From NCBI RefSeq assembly GCF_006345805.1, contig NC_043000.1:28954001-29018000 (forward strand): 64,000 bases of DNA. The letters run 5' to 3'. This document shows, in pieces, positions 1 to 12,353 of this stretch. How positions within the stretch are numbered: position 1 is the stretch's first letter; each line of letters starts with the position of its first letter. Source of the DNA: Octopus sinensis (Eukaryota). The translations under genes were made by a program, and so were the position numbers. Below the pieces are notes generated by a model. It worked only from the letters and a program-made list of their open reading frames with translations. It was not told the DNA's origin and ran no database searches.

Positions 1-143
1 TCTTCCTCCCAAACATACCTACAGTGTCTCTTGAAATAGTGAATAGTCTTTTACGATAACATGGTGGAATAGGTCAGTTTGAGCTTGCCTACTACTATAA
101 TGTAAACCTTTTTGAACTCATAATACTATGTGCGTGTATACCA

Positions 144-922
144 ATATTCCACTGAATTTTTTAATAATTCCTTCTGGAAACTATCTTTAACATTGCCTTG
201 AGAATGTATATATATGTTGTAATCTTTTGTGCCCAATATTTTAATGAACTTGTTAAACTTTTTTATGTTCTTAACATGTTCTTGTAACCAAAGACTGTAT
301 ATATGTATTATAGTATTTTGTGACAGCCAATATTCTGTACGTGTATGAATATACAGATACAATACAAATATTCCACTGAACTTTTTAATAATTCCTTCTG
401 GAAACTATTTTTAACATTTTCTTGAGAATGTATGTTTATGTTGTAATCTTTTGTGCCCAATATTTTAATGAACTTCTCGTTTACTTGATTCAGTCATTTG
501 ACTGCGGCCATGCTGGAGCACCGCCTTTAATCGAGCAACTCGACCCCGGGACTTATTGTTTGTAAGCCCAGTACTTATTCTATCGATCTCTTTTTGCCGA
601 ACCGCTAAATGACAGGGACATAAACACACCAGCATCGGTTGTCAAGCAATGCTAGGCGGACATAGATATACATACATATATATGACAGGCTTCTTTCAGT
701 TTCCACTCACAAGGCATTGATCGGCCCGAGGCTATAGCAGAAGACACTTGCCCAAGATGCCACGCAGTGGGACTGAACCCGGAACCATGTGGTTGATAAG
801 CAAGCTACTTACCACACAGCCACTCCTGCGCCTATTAAAACTTGTTAAACTTTTTTATGTGCTTAACATGTTCTTGTTACCAAAGACTGTATATATGTAT
901 TATAGTATTTTGTGACAACCAA
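144..922. repeat. ~225-bp local tandem duplication interrupted by the SINE
   Basis: 144-251 is repeated at 369-476, and 250-335 is repeated at 841-922 after the SINE. Confidence 0.8.
476..832 (-). mobile_element. tRNA-derived SINE, family A (head GGCGCAGGAGTGGCTGTGTGGTAAG...), near full length
   Basis: Reverse complement begins with an A-box/B-box-like head (GTGGCTGTGTGGT...GGTTCAGTCCC). The same sequence recurs at 14.3, 20.7, 22.9, 36.1, 42.4 and 61.6-62.2 kb. Confidence 0.85.
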
Positions 923-1068
923 TAATTAACACAACCAAACTTTTACATGTTACATCTTTTTCTAAGAATTGAAACCGGTAAAGTAAATAAACATCTTTTA
1001 AAATTGCATTTTCAAACCTTCTTTCGTATATAATTCCACTCGTGCGGTACCTTACAACTCCACTTTGT

Positions 1069-1155
<87 letters not shown>

Positions 1156-1522
1156 TATGCATATAAATATATATATATATGTACATATATAAATATAGGT
1201 ATATATGTATATATAGAGAGAGAAAAATAAAAAGATATATAAATAGATATAAAGATATATAGATAGATAGATAGCTAGATATATAGATACATACATAAAT
1301 ATATAAATAAAGGTTAGAAACCACATTAAGGGATAGCAAAATCTTATGAAAGTACTGGTTAGTTACCTATACAAAGAATGTTGAACATCACAGTTTATAC
1401 TCAACTGCAAGGTAACTATATAAACCGTAGTTTATATATATTTATTTATTACAATAAGATAAGGAAATAGAGAGATAATTAATATATTATTATTTATTAA
1501 TTTTAAAGAATTGACATGCATC

Positions 1523-1606
1523 CCTTACAGATGTTTCGATTCAAGACCTTCAGAAAATTAATTAATGAAATTAAAAAATTATTTGAAAGTCGAATCTCAT
1601 CAGAAG
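1523..1606 (-). ncRNA. type I hammerhead ribozyme motif
   Basis: Minus strand: ctt CTGATGA gattc...gaatc GAAA C-ATCT-G TA agg. Stem II has 5 perfect bp plus an extended hairpin; stem I is only 3 bp. Confidence 0.65.
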
Positions 1607-2361
1607 TAGTTTAAGATATACAAAATAGGGTTTCAGTTCCTGCATGTTGAGTAAACGGCTGCAAACCGTTAACTGATAATGTTTTTACATAAAGGACATA
1701 GTATAAAACATAGTATAGACCTTAGAAAGGGTGAGGAAGGTTGTGCATATTGGATTTGTAAAGTAAGAATAGATCATTGTATTCATCTAGAGTGTTTAGT
1801 ATAAGGAAAACTTATTGGTAAACATGTCATATATTATGTCCTTCCGTATTAAATCAATAAAAAATTTGTATGTTGAGTTTAATTCATGTGTGTATAGTTA
1901 TTATTAATATTTAATTAAGGTGGAAGACATTCCAGGCAATCTATTACATATTATAAATATCGAAAGAGTTAAAAGACTTATAAGTTATATTAACTTAATG
2001 CTGGGGTACATAAAAGTTTTAAATATAATCAAGAATAAAGTAAAATAAATAAAACAAAATAGATATAGTAAAAAGTAAAAATAGAGTAAAAGTAAAAATA
2101 TGAATAAAGACTTACAAAACATAACCTTTCACCCCTTAAAAGATTTTGTTATTGAGCTAGACTAAAAAAGATAAAGAACTACTGGACAAATAATTTTTTA
2201 ATTTCAGATGTGCAGCGTTCCCTTGACGAGATACCGGATGTAGATATGTTAAGAAGCTAAGGTAAAAAAATATAGTATTTGACATAAATGCATAAATAAA
2301 TAAGAATTAAAGGAATAAATATATGCTAATAAAATTAATAATTAGGGCTTAAATATGGCTC

Positions 2362-2405
<44 letters not shown>

Positions 2406-2431
2406 CGGTGTACGTGATTGTGTATAGAAGA

Positions 2432-2746
2432 ATATATTAATAAAAAGGAATTCCAACCTTGTCTGATTTTCACGTTTTATTTACAATCTTATAATGATAT
2501 AATATAAGATAATATAATAAAATGAAATAAAATAATAGAATGTTAAATGTTCATTCTGATTAAACTAGTACTTTCATGCATTAAATTATGCAATCTTCAG
2601 GTTCATGTGAAGTGGTGACAGTCATGCTTCGCAATTTTTGACTGTCAAAAATTGTGAAGCATAATATTTTCTTATATTATATCATTATAAGATTGAAAAT
2701 AAAACGGGAAAATCAGACAAGGCTGGAATTCCTTTTTATTAATATA
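2432..2746. mobile_element. ORF-less fold-back element (~77-bp inverted arms) carrying a hammerhead in its loop; Penelope-like remnant
   Basis: Arm 2432-2509 is the reverse complement of 2670-2746. Flanked by (TA)n. Inner hairpin at 2624-2662. Confidence 0.7.
2562..2604 (-). ncRNA. type I hammerhead ribozyme motif
   Basis: Minus strand: gaac CTGAAGA t-tgcat-aattta-atgca-t GAAA GTAC TA gttt. Canonical core, palindromic helix III, 4-bp stem I. Confidence 0.75.
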
Positions 2747-2804
2747 TATATATATACAGTTGTAAAATCTCGAGATCAGAATAGGAACGATACTAAAAAG
2801 TAAT

Positions 2805-3405
2805 GTCAGTCGTAACAATAAAGTGGTTGCTCCATGTTATAACTAGTTTAACCCCGGGCAGATTCTTTGCCAGGTGGTTATCGGTGCGATTCTCCGCCCT
2901 TTATACACAATATATTGTTAGCAGGGTTGTAGGGAGCGAACCCCCTATCCCCCTCTAGCAGGTAACAGGATAACGAAACTGACTCAGTTTCGAGTTATTT
3001 GACTTATCCTCAGTCGTGAGCACCTGTCCACCAGAGCAATAGCTAGAGTCTGCTCCAGCGATAGCTAGAGTCCGCTCCAGCGATAGCCAGAGTCCAATAA
3101 CCAGCTGGCGGATAATCTGCCTGTGATTAAACTAGTAATAACATGTAACAGCCACTTCGATGTGGCGACTTTTCAATATAGTTACTACTCTGATCTCGTC
3201 TTTAAAACTAGCCATTTTGCTAGTTGCCAAACTGTGACCAATGGTCGTGTTGTTTACAATATATTGCTGACTGAAGCCCTTCCACCTGCTAACAATATAT
3301 TGTGTATAAAGGTGGAGAGTCGCAGCGATAACCAGCTGGCGGAGAATCTGACTGGGGCTAAACTAGCAATAACATGGAACAGCCACTTAGTTTTGACGAC
3401 TGACT
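2805..3405. repeat. Inverted-repeat element with internal direct repeats
   Basis: 2805-2883 is roughly the reverse complement of 3328-3405. A further direct copy lies at ~3096-3170. A 22-bp unit (agcgatagctagagtccgctcc) repeats ~2.8x at 3035-3095. Confidence 0.55.
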
Positions 3406-3454
3406 TTATATAAGTATGTCTACCTGCTGGAAATAACAGTCAAAACTCTTATTT

Positions 3455-3704
3455 AAATCGCCAAAATACACTGATAATGACTACTGAAATCAACTGTCCG
3501 AAGACAAACGAGCCGGGACACTGTCTCGGCAGACATTCAAGCATTTGGACCGGTTTCTGGACTGGAATAATAGCCTAACCTTCCTCTGTTATGCCAGTCA
3601 AGAAACCGGTCCACTCGAGTTCAAATACTTGAATGTATGCTGAGGGATTTTCTTGGACCGTTTGCCTTCAGACGGTAGTTATTATCAGTGTATTTTGGCG
3701 ATTT
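3455..3704. repeat. Imperfect fold-back (palindromic) element
   Basis: aaatcgccaaaatacactgataat... pairs with ...attatcagtgtattttggcgattt; inner gaccggtttct/agaaaccggtc. Confidence 0.7.
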
Positions 3705-5006
3705 GCGTCTCAGAGAGGGATATGATGGGAATGCTTGTGTATAAGTAAGGAGCGGTGCCTGCATCTAAGTTGGAACGGAATTCGCTGTAGCCATTAGCTA
3801 AAATGCAAAGTAAAGTTGACGCTTTGGTGCTGATAAAAATAGATAAGTAAAATTCTGTAATTAAGCCAGATTTAATATATTTAATGCATTAAAAATCAAA
3901 TAGGTAATTAGAAATTCTGGTGCAGCGAAGAAAGGACACCATTAGCTCAATAACCGAAAATATCTTAATCATTTTGACACTACGGAAGACAACTCTGGAA
4001 TGTTTTTTCTATTATTAGACCTCCTCAACATAGTGTAGATTTCACTATCTGTATCAAAATCTCAGTGATGAGACATTCACCGAGATGAATACTGTTGAAT
4101 ATATTAATTGTATCCAAATCGCCTTTAATAAAAGAGAATCATTCAGTCAAACAGGAAGAGATTTAATCAATGTACTAATCAACATTATTCAAAAAGTAAA
4201 AAATTCAGATAACGCTACGCTTTAACATCGAGTCAGCATCTTTTAAAAGATGAGGTTAATAATTCAAAAAATTACAGATTTATTGACAATAATACCCTTC
4301 TGACATTTCGACATTTAATCACAAAGATTTTTCGATATTTCAAATCAGGTAAAACATGGATGTATTTTTGTTACAATAATTAATGTATTGTTTATGGATT
4401 TTACAGAACATCTATTTTCTAAATCTAGGTCTAGTTTAGAGTTGGTTAACTCAGCAGATGAAAATAAGAAAATAAACGTGTAAGAGTTCTCGAATATAAT
4501 TAACCATTGTCTATTTATCACAATACTCTTTATAAATCCATTTGTCTCATACAGTGTTATCGAATTACTGAATCGAAAAACGAGTTGATAAAATAACTTT
4601 TTATATAAACCGATAGTTCAAATATAAAAATATTTACTGTGCACATATTGTACATTTCTTTTCAATTCCAGAAATGATATAAAAAATAAGGTAATTTATA
4701 AATACAAATAGATAAATATGTAAATAGTATAAAATACATAGAGTGAATAAATAGGAAAATAAATTTAACTTGATGTGAAATCTTTAGTAGAATTTACGAG
4801 CCGATTAGATTTTATTAACAAGGGAAAATAAACCTTTAAAATATCAAACTAAATTAACAAGCATTTCATAAAGAAAACACTGGGGAGAAGGAAAGGGAAG
4901 AAGAGACGGAGAAAGAGATAGTTTAATAGAGAGAAACAGACAGATAAAAAGGCATTTAATATAATAAATGTTTCTGCGAATTTGCTTTATTTTATAAGTT
5001 ATTGTT

Positions 5007-5110
5007 GCCGCCATCTTGGGAAATAATGCATTTTGGGTAAATTGTTTCAGATTTACAAAGAAATACCGTAAAACTGTAATGGCAGAGAGAGAAATACAGA
5101 GAAAGTGAGT
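5007..5110. promoter_or_regulatory. Candidate bidirectional promoter / first exon
   Basis: Perfect YY1-type motif GCCGCCATCTT at 5007-5017 (AAGATGGCGGC on minus). Plus-strand ATG 5079 (MAEREIQR) ends at a consensus donor AA|GTGAGT (5105). Confidence 0.3.
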
Positions 5111-5163
5111 GAATGAGTGACAACTGTTCTTAGATAGAGAAAGAAACTGCTGAAAACAGTAAT

Positions 5164-5198
5164 ATGTATCAATCGATCTATTTATCTATCTATCTATC

Positions 5199-5272
<74 letters not shown>

Positions 5273-5290
5273 CCTGTCTATCTATCTGTA
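5164..5290. repeat. (ATCT)n microsatellite
   Basis: Direct inspection. Confidence 0.95.
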
Positions 5291-6217
5291 TCAGTATGTG
5301 TATTTCTGCTTCTATTTCTCCTACATTCCCCATCTCCCTCCACATTTTCTTCATATCCCTTTAACTCTGAGTATTTTCTTTATCTTCGTCTTTCCGTTCT
5401 TTTTATATTGCTTGTATTTCATTCATTCATTTTCTTTCCCCAATAATTTTGTTTTTTCAACTTTCCATTTCATCTTCTTCTTCACCTTTCCATTTCACCT
5501 TCTTCCCACTCTCTACCCTTATGTCTTTTAATATCTGCCATTATTTAGTCAGTATTAGCTTCCGAAATCTCTTTTCTTTCTTTCTTCTATTACCTCTCTC
5601 TCTCCCTCATTTTCTCCTCCTACCTCTCTCTCTCTCTTATGTATATTAGTTCTATTTTCCTTTTAGTCAGCATTTTAGCCAGCAAATTTAGTTATTTCTT
5701 CACTCTTTCATTAAAAAATATCTATCTACCTAACTATCTATTTATCTATATGTCTGCCAATATATCTATCAATTTCTTTATCTATAAAAAGGAGGCAATC
5801 TCATTTGGAAGGGATACGCGTGTCGTAACAAAATAATTGCACATTCAATGACAACTGAATGGGTTTTATTTTAAGAATAGGTAAATACAAGTACAGTAAT
5901 GTGACGAACGTCTCTTACACAAAACTAAAAAATAGTGGGAAAGCAGACCGTTTCGACCTCTTGGGTTTCTTCGGCGAAAAGTACCCTTAAACTTCATTTG
6001 TGAATGAATTGATTGCAAACTACTCAATAGAACATACTACAAGTCATTAACACAATTGCATGAACTGATCACTCTGAATGCTTTTGTATAAATCTCATAT
6101 TATGAGCGTTTATGTGAGATGTCCCATTGCTGCAATCCCAAGTTTTGCGTCAGCCACAATTATTGCTACTATAGACAAAAATGTTTATAAATTCTGCAAA
6201 TTTTACAGTGGCATGAA

Positions 6218-6453
6218 TACCTATTTCTTTACTACCCACAAGGGGCTACACACAGAGGGGACAAACAAGGACAGACAAACGGATTAAGTCGATTACATCG
6301 ACCCCAGTTCGTAACTGGTACTTAATTTATCGACTCCGAAAGGATGAAATGCAAAGTCGACCTCGGCGGAATTTGAACTCAGAATGTAACGGCAGGCGAA
6401 ATACGGCTACGCATTTCGCCCGGCGTGCCAACGTTTCTGCCAGCTCGCCGCCT
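6218..6453 (-). mobile_element. SINE family B (head GGCGGCGAGCTGGCAG..., core CCTTTCATCCTTTCGGGGTCGATAAATTAAGTACCAG)
   Basis: The same sequence recurs at 7.1, 25.5, 27.1, 61.3 and 63.6-64.0 kb. Confidence 0.85.
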
Positions 6454-7140
6454 TCAGTGGCATGAATACCAGTTGGCGCAAACATTAGAAACAGTGTAAT
6501 ATCCTTGTATAATTGCGACAGTTTTATGCCCTACATCACCATAACAATATAAACTCTTTTATATGTTGTTTTAGTTGTGTTTTTTCTCATGGAAAAAACA
6601 TTCAGTACTTTATGTATGTTTTTGTTCAAGATGGAAATTTTGTTAGTGTTAGTTAAATACCGGGGAACAATTGAAAGATATAAACACGTAAAAAGATAAA
6701 CAGAATCTTATTTGTTGTACATTATTCTTGGAGTTATCAACTAAACAGTGATTTATGCAATTGATTTCAAATGGCTAAAGCATTCCTCTATTTGTTACAA
6801 GAGTTGAATAGTATAATTGGACGAACTTCATTTCACTACATAATATTTGACTAGTGTTGACAAGAGACCTCCTGTGTTGATGTTGATAGTGATTAACGAT
6901 ATAGTTTCAACAGCGTAATTTCTCTTCTGTTTTGCAAGTAAATGACTATTTATATGCCTTTTACATAACTGTTCAGAAGTATCTTGAATATTCTATAAAG
7001 ATAAAGGCAAACATGGAAAAAATGCTACCATAAATTTATAAAACAGAAAAAATGTGTACCGACGGATGACTGGCAGTTATTTGGTGATACTTGTCACGTT
7101 CAACAAACAAGTAACTACACTTCCTTCTTGACAACAAATA

Positions 7141-7355
7141 TTGATTTCAAATTTTGGCAAATGACCAGCAGTTTTGAGGAAGGGGTTAAGTTGGTTATAT
7201 CGACCCCAGTGCTCAATCGGTATTTATTCTATTGACCCCGAATGGATAAAAGGCAAAGTCGACCTCGGCGGAATGTGAACTCAGAGCGTAAGGCCGGATG
7301 AAATGCTGCTAAGAATTTTGCCCGGCATGCTAACAATTCTGTCAGCTCGCCGCCT
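7141..7355 (-). mobile_element. SINE family B variant
   Basis: Shares the head and core with the 6218-6453 copy; different 3' tail. Confidence 0.75.
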
Positions 7356-7443
7356 TCTTACCAAAAAATATTGAACTCTAAATATAGAAATAATATTCAG
7401 AGAGAGCAAAATGAGAATACTTGAGTACAAGTTGTCGCGTTTA

Positions 7444-8690
7444 ATCAGGAATTAAATCTGTCATCAGAAAAGAGCAGCTGAAAGAAAAATAACGAGAAAT
7501 TCAGTCAAAATTGATTACCAGCCTACAGAGAAATGAAGAAAATCAATACACATCCCAGGAAGATTCAAGTTCATTCTGGAGAGAAATCTGGAGTGCAAAA
7601 AGGAGTTTAAACAGAATTCATTACAGATTAAAATAATCCAACAAAATAATTGTTCCTAATAACATCGCATTTATACACATCACAGCTTAATGCTCCCACT
7701 TCGTAATTGTTCGTGAATTGCATGAAAACATATACCATAAATCCTCGAGTATAGTCCACCCTTGAGTATAATACACAGAGGATTTTTAGGGGGCTGTACC
7801 TCTGAAAAACCTAAACCTTGTGTATAATACGCACTCCTTCTCTAACTTGAGTCGTGCGTAATTAAGCCAACAGCACCTAGTCGAAAAAACACTTCCACAC
7901 ATGCGTAATACAATAATGGTGATATTCTTAACTGTTATATGGGAATGTAAATATGCTTGCAAAATGTTTTTGTTACATGTTATTCTGTTCTGAATACTTT
8001 CATTTTAATAAATGTTGCTTACTGCAAATTATGGATGATTCTTTTATGACTTCATTGCTTTCAGGTTTAGCTTAAGGTATTTTCGTGCCCGGTATCACAA
8101 AATTCGTCTGAATAAACATTGCTGGACAGCAAATAGAGACTCGAACATTGCTTAGAAAATATTTTTCATTTTTAACTTCGTATATAGTACGTACTAGGGA
8201 TTTTGACCTTTAAATTTTGGTGGGAAAATGCGGATTATACTCGAGGATTTATGGTATATTGCCCTTGAGATTGTGATAAAAATTCAAAATGTAGGAGATT
8301 TAAATGCACTTGAAGGATACAAAAAATATCCTGACCTACGATCAGGGATACTTTATGGACCTTTAACAACAACTGCTCAGAGTGAATATAAAATACCAAG
8401 CTTGTTGACTTTGACAGAAACAGATCTGATGTCAAAATACGAAACCACTTTCAGGATGAAAAGTTACTGGTGAATTGCACGCTAGATTTTAATACATAAA
8501 AAGGTATACATGCTGTTTGAACATAGTCCTCCAGAATATTGGAGAAAGTAATAATATCACTGCTGAACAAACAACCGTAGCGAAGTTTAGTGATATGTTG
8601 AGCAACTTCTTATGAAAACTGTGATGTCAGAAGTGCGATGGTACAGTAAGAATTTGGTCACAGTCCCTCTTGTTCCCCATTCGTGAATAC
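7444..8690 (+). pseudogene. Decayed R4/Dong-like non-LTR retrotransposon fragment, interrupted by a MITE
   Basis: Translates to EDSSSFWREIWSAKRSLN (7560) and KTVMSEVRWYSKNL...VPHS (8620), matching the larger copy at 39.3-39.9 kb (MMSEVREHRRNL...DSVPYSW). Confidence 0.55.
7733..8256. mobile_element. Tc1/mariner superfamily (Tc2/pogo-like) non-autonomous element
   Basis: Perfect 21-bp TIRs TACCATAAATCCTCGAGTATA (7733-7753 / 8236-8256) flanked by TA on both sides. No transposase ORF. Confidence 0.8.
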
Positions 8691-8787
8691 TAAATTAAAT
8701 ATAGATATTTATATGTTAATATATAAATATCTATAGATTTATCATTATTTGTAATTCTCTCTAAAGGAGACTACGGCAGCGGTACCG

Positions 8788-9107
8788 GATATTAATAGTT
8801 ATCGCCAAGATAACATGGCAGTCCAGAAAAATAGGACGAATGCCGCTGTTGATTAGCTCCAAGAGGCCATCGCCTCTAGCTAGCTATGTGACACACAAAC
8901 CTGTGTTCATTATAATCTTCGAACAGGGGAGGTCAGCAGCTTCCCCTTGCTGGTCTGGCTGACTTCCCCTGTTCGAAAGTTATAATGGACACAGGTTTGT
9001 GTGTCATATAGCTAGCAAGAGACGATGGCCTCTTGGAGCTAATCAACAGCAACATTCGGCGTATTTTTCTGGACTGTCATGTTCGCTTGGCGATAACTAT
9101 TAATATC
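8788..9107. repeat. ~320-bp near-perfect fold-back element
   Basis: gatattaatagttatcgccaag... pairs with ...cttggcgataactattaatatc across ~150-bp arms. Confidence 0.85.
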
Positions 9108-9476
9108 TATATATTTATACTTGAATATTCATCGTCTGAAAATTTCCAGTGTTTGCTTTCTCTCTATCTACATGTATACATGTATATATATATTTTAAAT
9201 ATGTAACCCAAGCAGTTTATTCGTTTATTTACATCATTATCTCCATATCAGCTAATCTGGATTTTTCTTATAACAACTCTTTACCCAGCAGACTTGGTTA
9301 TCGGTAAAGATTTCGGTGTGTAAATTCAAATCTTTTGAGTGCTACTAAGTGTTTTCTATATTGAAAATCTCTTGATCTCATCTGTTTAATCTCTCTCTCT
9401 CTCTCTCTCTCTCTTTCTATCTCTCTCTCTCTCTCTTCTCTGTCTGTCTCTCTCTCCCTATATATATATATGTGTG

Positions 9477-10510
9477 TGTTATGGGGATAATAATAATGGT
9501 ACAGCTCTCCCACGCGATGAGAGGTGTGTTCTAGTCGTTACAAATACTTGACGTACGAAGTCGAGTCGTCGAGAAGTCGGCAAAGTCGGTCATAGACAGT
9601 CGTGTCTATATTTGTCTAACAAACTATACCGCTATACCGGAGTGGGCGTTACAACAGTCCGACGTTGGATTACAACATTGGCGACGAGGAATTAACAAAC
9701 TCACGATGATTTAACGAACTCATGAAGATTAAACAGACTTACAAGGAGTTACGAAACTTACAAAAGTTTTTGTGCGAATTTTTTGCTATACAAAATCGTA
9801 AAATTATGGAAGAATTATTGGCTGGTTTGCTTGAGTTGCAAAAACAGCACAACAAATACTGCAAGAAGAAGAACAACAACAAAGCAAAAACAATAACAAC
9901 AACAATTACAATTACAGCAACAAATGCAAGTATGAACCAGACGAAGGAGTTAATTTCGAGGTGTATTATAGAAGATACGAACAGATCTTCAATAAGGAGT
10001 GCAAAGATGGGACGACGATATGAAAACGCGTCTAATCCTAAGAAAACTGGCAACAGGAGAACATGAGCATAACAGCAATTACGTAGTCTTGAAAAAAACA
10101 TTCTGACATAAACTTTAGTAATATAATAGACATTTTGTGTAAAATTTTTAGCGAGGAAAGCTTGTTGTTCAATACACGCTGGAGATGTTTGAACCTATAA
10201 AAGAACAGCGATGGGGGCTACATCACATATGCTGGTTGAGTTAACAGAGAATGTGAAAAGTTCCAGCTGGATAAGTTAACGCCAGACATGTTCAAGTGCC
10301 TGATATTTACTCAGGGACTAACTGCAGAAAAAGACGCAGAAGTAAGGACAAGAATTCTCGCTAAGCTGGAACAAAACCAAGCTGTAACCTTAGAACAAGT
10401 GTCAGAAGAGTGTGAAAGAATATTAAATCTAAGGCACGACAAAGAGAAAATTGAACATAAAGATTGCTCCCAAGTGAAGCAAGTTCGAAACAGGCAGAAT
10501 AGAAATTAAG
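9477..10510 (+). mobile_element. Ty3/Gypsy (Mag / K02A2.6-like) LTR retrotransposon remnant: putative 5' LTR, PBS, broken gag
   Basis: LTR-like segment ends ...TACAACA (9677; start at 9477 is tentative). PBS TGGCGACGAGGA at 9679-9690 is complementary to the 3' end of tRNA-Ser(GCU). Gag motifs RRYEQIFNKEC..DDMKTRLILRKL, LFNTRWRCLNL and FKCLIFTQGLTAEKDAEVRTRILAKLEQ, with frameshifts and stops. Confidence 0.8.
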
Positions 10511-10539
10511 TGTGTACTAAAATTCAAGACAACCAGTGA

Positions 10540-12090
10540 CACATCGAAGCGGGATAAATTGTTAACACGTCAAACACGAGTTTTATATCAGTGTTCCACT
10601 CCTAGAAGGATGTTGTAGCCGCAGCAAGGGATCCCACATCCTCAGAGGTTTAAAATGAATGGTTGTTGATCTTTCTGAGTTCATCCGCCCTTTGATTAGT
10701 CATGTTTTTCATCCTGTAGGTTTACCAAAACCACCCTGCTCAGCAAGCAGGCTCGGTGGTATAGCCGGTTTAGACGACCCAAACATACTATAAGTTGTAC
10801 TAGGTTACAGATTACCAAGAGCAACAATATTGTATTGAGTCAAAAGATTTTTACAATATTTTGATAGCTTATTTGATTTATCCCTCAGCTTGCAACAAAA
10901 GTAGCCGAGCATTCAAAGAAGAAGCCATCGTGTTGCACTGTCTGAATCTACATTTTTTATTTCTTTATTGCCCACAAAGGGGCAATATATATATATCGAG
11001 TATACATTCCTTAGAAGAAAGCAGCGAATTCCAAGGAATGTAATGCTCTTAGCTTATTTTTCCTTGGGGCTGGCCAGATTGAAGCAATCTCGCGTATAAC
11101 CAGCTGAAATTGCAAAGATAATCTGGAACTCGACTGAGGATAGAAAACTCCGAATGATCCGTCCTTGGTTTCCTTGTATCGTCTGTCTGGATATTTTGTT
11201 TTCCTTTTTTTGTTTCACTTAACTGTCTGGATGTTTTTCATTCTTGTCCCTTTTTTGTATTTTTTATATATAAAATATAACGGCGTACGTACCCTTTGGT
11301 CTCTTATATGTAAGTATATGTATCTAAATTTTGTATTTCGTATTCTTTCATTCTTTCCTTATTTCTTTCAGCCCTTTCATACTTAGTTCATTCCACTCTT
11401 CGTTCTTTTGTTCCCCCTCTCTCACACTTCCTGGCCTTCTCTTCATGCTGCCTTTCCTTCTTTTACTTCAGTGTCTCTTTCATTTTCTCTCGCCCCTCCT
11501 TAATTCGTCTATCCCTCAGTCTCTACTTCTCTCTCTCTTCTCTCCCCACGTGACCGGTGTTCGGCCAGGCCTGACCTTTCTTTCTTGGTTGGACTACTGT
11601 CCGTGCAACATCTGTATTCCTTCCTGTACTTGTTAAATCTTATGTCCCTGCCGTAAGGCTTTACTTCCACACACGCCAGCTTAATCTATTTCGTCCTTGG
11701 TCGACAGACACCTGTTGTTATGTCTTGTTATTTATATTTGTGTAACAATTCTGCTTTTTTCCGTCCTTGTTTCGTATACATTCGCTCCTTTCTTCCAAGG
11801 ATTGTAATGCTCTTATTTTTCCTTGGGGCTGGCCAGATTGGAGCAATCTCGAGTATAACCAGCCGAAATTACAAAGATAATCTGGAACTCGACTCAGGAA
11901 AGAAAACTCCGAATGGTTGTTGATCTTTCTGAGTTCATCCACCCTTTGATTAGTCATGTTTTCTTTGTATTGTCTGTCTGGATAAATTGTTTTCCTTTTT
12001 TTGTTTCACCTGTCTGGATGTTTTGCGTTCTTGTCCCATTTTTGTATTTTTTATATATAAAAATATTGCGGTGTACGTACACTTTGGTCT
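10540..12090. repeat. Rearranged copies of a dispersed repeat, possibly Penelope-like terminal-repeat fragments
   Basis: 11041-11160 ~ 11804-11915; 10658-10710 ~ 11910-11962; 11170-11310 ~ 11963-12100. Family assignment is inference only. Confidence 0.4.
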
Positions 12091-12102
12091 CTTATATGTA
12101 AT

Positions 12103-12140
<38 letters not shown>

Positions 12141-12148
<8 letters not shown>

Positions 12149-12313
12149 AGCCTAAAATTATGTGTGTCTGTATGTATGTATGTAGGTATGTATATATATA
12201 TATAAATATATATATGTATATATATATATACACATACATACATACATATAATATATTTATACTTACACACACACGCATGCATACCTACATATATACACAC
12301 ACATATATATATT

Positions 12314-12353
<40 letters not shown>

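Noticed and set aside
7425-7475. Minus-strand CTGATGA cag...ctg
   Set aside because: No GAAA after the stem; at the edge of the LINE fragment.
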